64,000 bases of DNA from an uncultured Alphaproteobacteria bacterium (GTDB lineage Bacteria > Pseudomonadota > Alphaproteobacteria > HIMB59 > GCA-002718135). Below the pieces are notes generated by a model. It did no database searches. It was not told the origin of the DNA and was given only the letters and a program-made list of their open reading frames with translations. The stretch lies in the NCBI GenBank assembly GCA_902540265.1, contig CACBLW010000003.1, positions 44,618-108,617 on the forward strand, in the 5' to 3' direction. The position numbers were made by a program, and so were the translations under genes. Below are positions 53,413 through 64,000 of the stretch, one piece after another. Each line of letters starts with the position of its first letter. Positions within the stretch are counted from its first letter, which is position 1.

Positions 53413-54864
53413 GTGAACTCTGAAACTCTAGATACATTAGATTCCTATAGTAAAAACAAATATAAATATGGATTTGTTACTGAAATTGCTAATGAAAAGC
53501 CAAATAAAGGATTAAACGAAAATATAATTAAATTCATTTCTCAAAAAAAAAATGAGCCAGAGTGGATGCTAAACTGGAGACTAAAAGCATATTCAAAATG
53601 GAAACAAATGAAAGAGCCGAAGTGGGCAAATCTAAATTTTCCTGAAATTGATTACCAAGATATTTATTATTATTCAGCACCCAAAGGTTTTGAGAAGAAA
53701 CCCAAAGATCTTAGTGAAGTAGATCCTAAACTTATAGAGACATATAATAAATTAGGAATTCCTCTAGAGGAGCAAAAAGTTTTAGCTGGTGTAGCTGTAG
53801 ACGTTGTATTTGATAGTGTTTCCGTTGCTACAACTTACAAAGGTGAGTTAGAAAAGCTAGGAATAATTTTCTGTTCAATTGGTGAAGCTATACAAAAACA
53901 TCCTGAATTGATTAAAAAATATTTAGGTTCTGTAATACCACCCGGTGACCATTCTTTTTCAGCATTAAACTCAGCTGTTTTTACTGATGGATCTTTTGTT
54001 TACATTCCAGAGGGAGTAAAATGCCCAATGGAACTATCTACCTATTTTAGAATTAACGCAGAAAATACTGGACAATTTGAAAGAACTTTAATTATTGCCG
54101 ATAAGGGAAGTTATGTTAGCTATCTTGAAGGTTGTACTGCTCCCAAAAGAGACGATAATCAATTGCATGCAGCAAATGTAGAATTAATTGCTTTAGAAGA
54201 TGCAGAAATAAAATATTCAACTGTTCAAAATTGGTATCCAGGAGATGAAGATGGCAAAGGTGGAATTTACAATTTTGTTACTAAAAGAGGTCTTTGTGCT
54301 GGTAAAAATAGTAAGATATCATGGACTCAAGTAGAAACTGGCTCTGCTATTACATGGAAATATCCTAGTTGTATTTTAAAAGGAGATAATTCAATCGGTG
54401 AATTTTATTCTGTTGCAATAACAAATAATTATCAACAAGCTGATACAGGAACAAAAATGACTCACATTGGTAAAAATACCAAAAGTAAAATAATATCAAA
54501 AGGTATTTCTCTTGGTAAATCTCAAAATACTTACAGAGGTGAGGTTTCTTTTTTAAGAAAAGCAGATAAGGCAAGAAATTATACTCAATGTGATTCTTTG
54601 TTAGTAGGAAATAAGTGTGGAGCACATACAGTTCCTTATATTGATTCAAAAAATAATACTGCAGTTATTGAGCACGAAGCTTCTACTTCTAAGATAAATG
54701 AAGATCAGCTATATTATTGCAGACAAAGAGGTTTAAGTCATGAAGAAGCTGTATCATTAATAGTAAATGGTTTCTGCAAACAAGTTTTACAAGAACTTCC
54801 TATGGAATTTGCTGTTGAAGCACAAAAACTAGTATCCATATCTCTCGAGGGAAGTGTAGGTTAG
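53413..54864 (+). CDS. sufB: Fe-S cluster assembly protein SufB
   Basis: [42 protein letters not shown]; GTG start. Confidence 0.97.
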   Translation: MNSETLDTLDSYSKNKYKYGFVTEIANEKPNKGLNENIIKFISQKKNEPEWMLNWRLKAYSKWKQMKEPKWANLNFPEIDYQDIYYYSAPKGFEKKPKDLSEVDPKLIETYNKLGIPLEEQKVLAGVAVDVVFDSVSVATTYKGELEKLGIIFCSIGEAIQKHPELIKKYLGSVIPPGDHSFSALNSAVFTDGSFVYIPEGVKCPMELSTYFRINAENTGQFERTLIIADKGSYVSYLEGCTAPKRDDNQLHAANVELIALEDAEIKYSTVQNWYPGDEDGKGGIYNFVTKRGLCAGKNSKISWTQVETGSAITWKYPSCILKGDNSIGEFYSVAITNNYQQADTGTKMTHIGKNTKSKIISKGISLGKSQNTYRGEVSFLRKADKARNYTQCDSLLVGNKCGAHTVPYIDSKNNTAVIEHEASTSKINEDQLYYCRQRGLSHEEAVSLIVNGFCKQVLQELPMEFAVEAQKLVSISLEGSVG

Positions 54865-54865
54865 T

Positions 54866-55606
54866 ATGTTTTTAGAAATCAAAGACCTTTCAGTAAAAAT
54901 TGAAAATAAAAATATTCTTAAAAGCCTTAATTTAAATGTTAATAAAGGTGAAGTTCACGCAATTATGGGTCCAAATGGATCTGGTAAAAGTACATTAGCA
55001 AACGTTCTAGCAGGTAAAGAGGATTACGAAATTTTAGATGGTAAAATCAATTTCAAAGACAATGATCTATTTGATTTAAATATCGAAGAAAGAGCACAAG
55101 AAGGAATGTTTTTAGCTTTTCAATATCCTGTTGAAATACCTGGAGTAAATATCACTCCATTTTTACACTCTGCAATTAATTCAAAAAGAAAACGTATGAA
55201 TGAAGAAGAAATTGATAATTTATCATTTGCTAAGCTTTTAAAATCTAAAGCTAGTGATTTAGGTATTAATATTGATATGCTTAAACGATCAGTTAATACA
55301 GGTTTTTCTGGAGGTGAAAAAAAACGTTACGAAATTTTACAAATGAGTATTCTTAATCCAGATTTAGCTATTTTAGATGAAACAGACTCAGGCTTGGATA
55401 TTGATGCTCTTAAAATCGTTACCGATGGGGTTAATAAACTTAAAACAAAAGATAATTCATTTTTAATTATTACCCATTATCAAAAACTTTTGGATTATAT
55501 TAAACCAGATTATGTACATGTTATGGTAAATGGTTCTATTGTCAAATCAGGAGGATCTGAAATTGCTGCTGAAATAGAAAAAGATGGATTTCAAAAATTT
55601 CAGTAA
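54866..55606 (+). CDS. sufC: Fe-S cluster assembly ATPase SufC
   Basis: GPNGSGKST, FQYPVEIPGV, FSGGEKKR, LDETDSGLD. Confidence 0.97.
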   Translation: MFLEIKDLSVKIENKNILKSLNLNVNKGEVHAIMGPNGSGKSTLANVLAGKEDYEILDGKINFKDNDLFDLNIEERAQEGMFLAFQYPVEIPGVNITPFLHSAINSKRKRMNEEEIDNLSFAKLLKSKASDLGINIDMLKRSVNTGFSGGEKKRYEILQMSILNPDLAILDETDSGLDIDALKIVTDGVNKLKTKDNSFLIITHYQKLLDYIKPDYVHVMVNGSIVKSGGSEIAAEIEKDGFQKFQ

Positions 55607-56832
55607 TGAATATCCAAGATAATTATCTAAAAAATAAAAAAAATATTTTTTTTTCAGAAAACAAAGATATTCAAACTCATAGAGAGAAATTAATAAAAAT
55701 TTTTGAAAATGATGGATTTGATAAAAAAAATAATGAAAGTCTTAAAAATATAAATCTAAAAAATTTTATTGATTTTAAGTATAGATATCTGATCTCTGAA
55801 GAAACATCAGTAATAAACAACAATCAGGAAAATAATTATTCAATAGTTTCTGTAAATGGACAGTGTTCGAGTTTTAAAGATGATAAAATTGAAATTACTA
55901 AAATTATAGATGAAGATTACAATGATTTTTCTAAAAATGAGACGATTGAAAATAATGATCATTTTGTAAATTTAAATTCATTATTTTTAAATAGTGGTTT
56001 TAAGATTGTTATAAAAAAAAATAACAACATAAGTATTAAAATATCAAATATTATAACCGATGATGATTTAACTATTTTTCAAAAAAATAATTATATTTGT
56101 GAAGAGGGATCATCCCTAAATCTTATTGAAGAATATGAAAATAAAAATAATTCTACATCAAATATATTAAATGTAATTAAATTAGAAAAAAATTCTCAGC
56201 TAAATCATTTTCTAATTCAAGACAATTCTCCGTATCATAATTTAATAATAACATCTCATTCTTCATGTAAAAAAGATTCTACATACACCCAAAAAGTATA
56301 TAATTTTTCAGAAGGCTACGTAAGAAATTTTCATTATTCTGAGTTAATAGAGGCTAACTCAGAAGCGGATCTACAAGGAATATTTTTTCTAAAAGATAAT
56401 AACTTATCTAACAACAAAACATTTGTTAAGCATTTAGCTGAAGATTGCAAAAGTAATCAAGTTTACAAAGGTATTTTGAATGATAGTTCTAAAGCAACAT
56501 ACTTTAGTAATACTCATGTTGATCAAGTGGCACAAAAAACAGAGGGATATCAACTCAGTAAAGGGATACTTTTATCTGATAATGCATCGTATTTCTCTAA
56601 ACCTGAATTAAAAATATATGCTGATGATGTGAAATGTAGTCATGGCTCTACTATTGGACCTATAGACGAAAATGCCATTTTTTATCTTCGTTCTAGAGGT
56701 ATGAGTAAAATTGCAGCAACTAAAATATTGATATCATCATTTATTAATGAAGAATTAAGTAGTATTGATAATGAACAAATGTCTGAAATAATACAAAAGA
56801 AACTTGTAAGATACTTAAGTAAAGTGAAATGA
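55606..56832 (+). CDS. sufD: Fe-S cluster assembly protein SufD
   Basis: AQKT.GYQ, KPEL.IYADDVKCSHG, FYLRSRG. Confidence 0.93.
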   Translation: MNIQDNYLKNKKNIFFSENKDIQTHREKLIKIFENDGFDKKNNESLKNINLKNFIDFKYRYLISEETSVINNNQENNYSIVSVNGQCSSFKDDKIEITKIIDEDYNDFSKNETIENNDHFVNLNSLFLNSGFKIVIKKNNNISIKISNIITDDDLTIFQKNNYICEEGSSLNLIEEYENKNNSTSNILNVIKLEKNSQLNHFLIQDNSPYHNLIITSHSSCKKDSTYTQKVYNFSEGYVRNFHYSELIEANSEADLQGIFFLKDNNLSNNKTFVKHLAEDCKSNQVYKGILNDSSKATYFSNTHVDQVAQKTEGYQLSKGILLSDNASYFSKPELKIYADDVKCSHGSTIGPIDENAIFYLRSRGMSKIAATKILISSFINEELSSIDNEQMSEIIQKKLVRYLSKVK

Positions 56833-58025
56833 ATATTTCAAACTTAAAATCAAAATTTCCCGTATTTAAAAAAAATCCAAGTCTAGTTTTTTTAGATACC
56901 GCCGCGTCAGCATTAAAAGTTGATGACATGATTGAAGCCATCAATAACTGTTACGCAAATGAATATGCAAACATTCATAGAGGTAATTATGAATTAAGTT
57001 CAAAGTTAACAAAAAAATTTGAAGATGCTCGAAAAAAAGTTGCAGATTATTTAAATATATCTGAAAACAATATTATTTTTGTTAAAAGTGCAACTGAGGG
57101 TATAAATTTAATTTCATCTTGTATGTCTAAAAAATTTTTAGAAGATGGTGACGAAATAATCTTAAGCTATCTTGAACACCATGCTAATTTGATACCTTGG
57201 CATTTAATTGAAAAAAAAATAAAAATTAATCCTCTAGGGCTAAACGAAAATAGTGAGATTAATTATGATGAATTAAATAATAAAATTAACTCAAAAACTA
57301 AATTAATTACATTAACCCACATGTCAAATGTTACAGGATCAATAACGAATTTTGATAAAGTAAAAGAAATAGCAAAAAAAAATAATATACCGTTACTACT
57401 CGATGGTTGTCAATTTGCTCCTCATAAAAAAGTTGATCTAAAGGATTTAGATCCTGATTTTTATGTTTTTTCTGCACATAAAATGTATGGCCCTTCAGGT
57501 CTTGGCGTACTTTACATGAAGGACAAATGGATAGAAGAATTTTCTCCTTATCAAGGTGGCGGTCAAATGATTCATGATGTAGATATCGATAAAAGTACAT
57601 ATTCAAATGGTTACGAAAAATTTGAGGCAGGGACTCCTCCTATTGCACCAGTTATTGGATTTTCTTCTTCATTAAATTTTATCAATAAAGTTGATCCAAA
57701 TGTTATTTATGATCATGAAATGAAACTTCATGATTATGCTTATGAAAAACTTTCAAAATTCAATAATATAAAAATATATGGATCAAATAAAAATAAAGGT
57801 GCAATCATTTCTTTTAATATCGAAGGTGTCCATAATTCTGATTTAGGTGCAATGTTAGATAAAAAAAACATAGCAATAAGAACTGGACATCATTGTTGCC
57901 AACCTCTTATGAAACATTTTAATGTCACTGGAACTTCTAGAATATCATTTGGAATATATAATACAAAGGATGATGTTGATTATTTAGTTGACAGTATTCA
58001 TGAAATAACAAAAATATTATTGTAG
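56829..58025 (+). CDS. sufS: Cysteine desulfurase, group II
   Basis: ANIHRG, EHHAN, SAHKMYGP, EAGTP, RTGHHC. Confidence 0.93.
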   Translation: MNISNLKSKFPVFKKNPSLVFLDTAASALKVDDMIEAINNCYANEYANIHRGNYELSSKLTKKFEDARKKVADYLNISENNIIFVKSATEGINLISSCMSKKFLEDGDEIILSYLEHHANLIPWHLIEKKIKINPLGLNENSEINYDELNNKINSKTKLITLTHMSNVTGSITNFDKVKEIAKKNNIPLLLDGCQFAPHKKVDLKDLDPDFYVFSAHKMYGPSGLGVLYMKDKWIEEFSPYQGGGQMIHDVDIDKSTYSNGYEKFEAGTPPIAPVIGFSSSLNFINKVDPNVIYDHEMKLHDYAYEKLSKFNNIKIYGSNKNKGAIISFNIEGVHNSDLGAMLDKKNIAIRTGHHCCQPLMKHFNVTGTSRISFGIYNTKDDVDYLVDSIHEITKILL

Positions 58026-58028
58026 CTA

Positions 58029-58415
58029 ATGCAAGAAAAACAACTAGAAGATTTTTTACCAGATAAAAACACAAGTTATATAAAAAAATTCAATAATTCA
58101 AAAATCACCACTAAAATTAATCAAGAACAAGTCATAGAATGTATTAGGACTGTCGTAGATCCTGAAATACCAGTCAACTTATATGATTTAGGTTTAATAT
58201 ATGATATCAAGATTAATGATAATAACGACATTAAAATTAAAATGACTCTAACTAATCCAAACTGCCCTGTTGCAGGAACCATGCCCGAAAGTGTAGGGAA
58301 ATCAGTTGAAAAATTATCTAATCTAAATTCCATTGAAGTTTCTCTAGTTTGGGATCCTAAGTGGCATAAAGATTTAATGTCAGAAGAAGCAAAACTTGCT
58401 TTGGATATTTTTTAA
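58029..58415 (+). CDS. sufT: SufT/DUF59 Fe-S assembly protein
   Basis: DPEIPVNLYDLGLIY, MTLT.P.CPVA, VWDP.W. Confidence 0.9.
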   Translation: MQEKQLEDFLPDKNTSYIKKFNNSKITTKINQEQVIECIRTVVDPEIPVNLYDLGLIYDIKINDNNDIKIKMTLTNPNCPVAGTMPESVGKSVEKLSNLNSIEVSLVWDPKWHKDLMSEEAKLALDIF

Positions 58416-58434
58416 TTTAATTTATAATAAATTT

Positions 58435-58770
58435 ATGAATAACATTATATCAATAACAGCAAATGCAACTGACCAAATTAAAAAGATAATATTTAATGCT
58501 CCTGATGGAATGGATTCAGTTGTTATAGGAGTTGATAAGGCTGGTTGTAGCGGATATACATACAAATTAGACTTTGGTAATTCATCTGATTTAAAAAATT
58601 TTGAAACTATCGATCAGGATGGGGCAAAAATTTTAATTGACCCAAAAGCTACAATGTTTTTATTAGGATCAACTATGGATTATAGACAAGATAAGCTTGC
58701 TTCTAGATTTGTTTTTGACAACCCAAATGAAAAAAGTACATGCGGTTGTGGAGAATCTTTTAGTATATAA
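58435..58770 (+). CDS. sufA: A-type Fe-S carrier (SufA/IscA)
   Basis: GCSGY and NPN....CGCGESF; ATG 58435 preferred. Confidence 0.9.
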   Translation: MNNIISITANATDQIKKIIFNAPDGMDSVVIGVDKAGCSGYTYKLDFGNSSDLKNFETIDQDGAKILIDPKATMFLLGSTMDYRQDKLASRFVFDNPNEKSTCGCGESFSI

Positions 58771-58782
58771 AATTTGAACTTT

Positions 58783-58859
58783 GGCGGAGTAGCTCAGTTG
58801 GTCAGAGCGCACGGCTCATATTCGTGATGTCGGGGGTTCAAATCCCTCCTCCGCTACCA
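58783..58859 (+). tRNA. tRNA-Met (CAT), elongator
   Basis: Cloverleaf GGCGGAG...CTCCGCT-ACCA; anticodon loop CTCATAT; T-loop GTTCAAATC; encoded CCA. Confidence 0.92.
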
Positions 58860-58912
58860 TACTTTTTTTGTTGTATTTTTAAAACTATAGTAATAACTAT
58901 TGTTTTTTTTAT

Positions 58913-58989
<77 letters not shown>

Positions 58990-58995
58990 ATTTAT

Positions 58996-59715
58996 TTAAA
59001 ATTTTTTTATTTTAGCAACCTCTAAGTTGATAAGATATCCTAAACCATTTCGTAACTCACGAACTTCATCATGATTTTTTTCAGTCCAAGATCTTACTGG
59101 GTCATTTATATTTTTTTTTAAATCAAATGGTAGAGTAATTTTTTTAAATTCTATTTTAACATTTTTATAATCTTTTAATATTTCTTTTATTGTATTTTTA
59201 GAATGAATATTTTGACCAGTATTCCATTCTTTTTCATCATTTCTTTTATACCTTGTGATTACATCAATATTATAATCGTTAAAGTTTTCACATATAAACA
59301 AACTTCCGTTTTTTTTTAATATTCTTAGAGATTCTGTTAAGAAATTTTCTAAGCTATCAAGTATACCAATTAAACCTATAGCAGTTACAAAATTATATTT
59401 TTTATCTTCAAATTGTGATAAAGTTTCTGTATCTCCATTTATAAAATAAACTTTCTTATTATATTTTTTACCTATTTTTATTAAATTTTTGCTAGGCTCT
59501 AAACAAGTAGTTTTAAATTTAGGAAATGTACTTTGAATATAGTTAGAAAAATCTCCATTAGCACCTCCTATATCCAAAAAATTAGCATTATCAGCGTTGT
59601 AATCTTGTTTTATCATGTCACTTATAACTGTAAAAATATACTTTGGATCATTTGGTTTTGGATCAGTATAAACATTTGATCTTTTGTATTTTGCAAAACT
59701 AATATTTTTTTTCAT
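58996..59715 (-). CDS. Class I SAM-dependent methyltransferase, accessory
   Basis: Motif I FLDIGGANG, acidic LEPS, GD, LKKNG; very AT-rich; convergent on tRNA-fMet. Confidence 0.8.
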   Translation of the reverse strand: MKKNISFAKYKRSNVYTDPKPNDPKYIFTVISDMIKQDYNADNANFLDIGGANGDFSNYIQSTFPKFKTTCLEPSKNLIKIGKKYNKKVYFINGDTETLSQFEDKKYNFVTAIGLIGILDSLENFLTESLRILKKNGSLFICENFNDYNIDVITRYKRNDEKEWNTGQNIHSKNTIKEILKDYKNVKIEFKKITLPFDLKKNINDPVRSWTEKNHDEVRELRNGLGYLINLEVAKIKKF

Positions 59716-59723
59716 TTTCTAAA

Positions 59724-59752
59724 ATCATAATGTTGTAGTATTATTAATGCAA
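59724..59752 (-). promoter_or_regulatory. Sigma70-like promoter of the methyltransferase
   Basis: TTGCAT-N17-TATGAT on the minus strand, 8 nt before the ATG. Confidence 0.55.
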
Positions 59753-59829
59753 TTAAATTTGATAAATTATAAAAATATATATTCTTTTAATTATTCTAAA
59801 TGTTGGTTTTTGATGAAAATTTATTTTAT

Positions 59830-59905
59830 GTATAGATGGAGAAATCAAGAAATAATAATACGTATAATTTGAAGGATATAGGTACAAATCATACCAATCC
59901 ATTGA
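59830..59905 (+). pseudogene. Degenerate copy of tRNA-fMet
   Basis: Manual alignment to 58913-58989: 24/31 ungapped identity over tRNA nt 36-66, plus GATGGAG (nt 6-12) at near-identical spacing. Confidence 0.65.
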
Positions 59906-59996
59906 AATTATTTTAGATTCTTCTAATTTAGTAAAAGCATGATTTTAGCAACTATTTATCCCCAGAAATCTCATAAAAAAATAATTTTTTTTGAGT

Positions 59997-60025
59997 TTGA
60001 CAAGGAAAATTAATACTATTATAGG
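59997..60025 (+). promoter_or_regulatory. rRNA operon promoter
   Basis: TTGACA-N17-TATAGG with an AT-rich upstream tract; a -10 element lacking the final T is typical of alphaproteobacterial rrn promoters. Confidence 0.7.
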
Positions 60026-60100
60026 CACATACTCTTTTTTGAGAATTTCAGAAAAGTCGTAATTTCCCTTGTAAAAATATATTTTTCTTGGGTAATTACA

Positions 60101-60112
60101 TGCTCTTTGACA
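60101..60112 (+). promoter_or_regulatory. rrn leader boxA antitermination element
   Basis: TGCTCTTTGACA versus boxA consensus TGCTCTTTAACA, between promoter and 16S. Confidence 0.75.
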
Positions 60113-60267
60113 AGTCAATAAGATTATAAAGAGATACGTAGACAACAATTCGTAATTTAAATTTTACGAATGTTAATGGAATACGTATCAACAAATACTT
60201 TTGTTTATACAAGAAGTATTCCGCTTTAACGGACGTTCCGTAATTTTTGACTTCGGTCAAATTTACT

Positions 60268-61755
<1,488 letters not shown>

Positions 61756-61851
61756 TAAGGATATTGATAATTAGTTTTCTAGTTATCCGGATTGTTGTCT
61801 ATCTATCTCTTTAAATTATTAGCTAGTACTGGGTGCTTATTTAATTATATT

Positions 61852-61928
61852 GGGCTGGTAGCTCAGTTGGTTAGAGCGCGCGCTTGATAAGCGTGAGGTC
61901 GGAAGTTCAAGTCTTCCTCGGCCCACCA
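61852..61928 (+). tRNA. tRNA-Ile (GAT)
   Basis: GGGCTGG...TCGGCCC-ACCA; anticodon loop TTGATAA; in the ITS. Confidence 0.96.
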
Positions 61929-61934
61929 ATAACA

Positions 61935-62010
61935 GGGGGATTAGCTCAGCTGGGAGAGCGCCTGATTTGCATTCAGGAGGTCAGCGGTTCGATCCCGCTA
62001 TCCTCCACCA
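61935..62010 (+). tRNA. tRNA-Ala (TGC)
   Basis: GGGGGAT...ATCCTCC-ACCA with G3:U70; anticodon loop TTTGCAT. Confidence 0.96.
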
Positions 62011-62127
62011 CATTCTAATATAAATCTTATTCTTTCTTTAAATTGTTAATATGAAATTTAATAACTGATCAAAATAAATTTTTATTTGATTAAAATACGT
62101 ACAAAATTTTTCTCTGTACGTAATTGC

Positions 62128-64000
<1,873 letters not shown>

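Overview
An AT-rich, very gene-dense core-chromosome segment of a genome-streamlined Alphaproteobacterium, probably marine (SAR11/HIMB59/AEGEAN-169-like; this placement is an inference from gene order, rRNA operon layout and composition). Gene order: degP-miaA-ilvBNC-leuA, the mreBCD-mrdA-rodA elongasome operon running into a LIV-type ABC transporter, a gpsA-deoC-ALDH16-rbsD-rbsK cluster, sbcB, uppP, fxsA/sbmA, a VtlR/LsrB-like LysR, rpe, ispB, an S49 peptidase, a homodimeric GlyRS, ygfZ, pyrC, aat-accCB-aroQ-dcd, rne, mrcA-prfB, tyrS, mnmA-sufBCDS-sufT-sufA, two tRNA-Met genes, an orphan methyltransferase, then 16S-tRNA-Ile-tRNA-Ala-23S (truncated). I saw no CRISPR array, IS element or prophage. 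Most notable observations: (1) a prfB +1 frameshift cassette with GTT-TGA-C instead of CTT-TGA-C; (2) a decayed tRNA-fMet copy bracketing the methyltransferase islet; (3) an uncalled 27-aa Lys/Arg-rich gene; (4) an alpha2-type GlyRS in the usual glyQ-glyS slot; (5) a 23S helix-12 deletion; (6) an M48 protease split at an A7 run; (7) recurring leaderless-type promoters.
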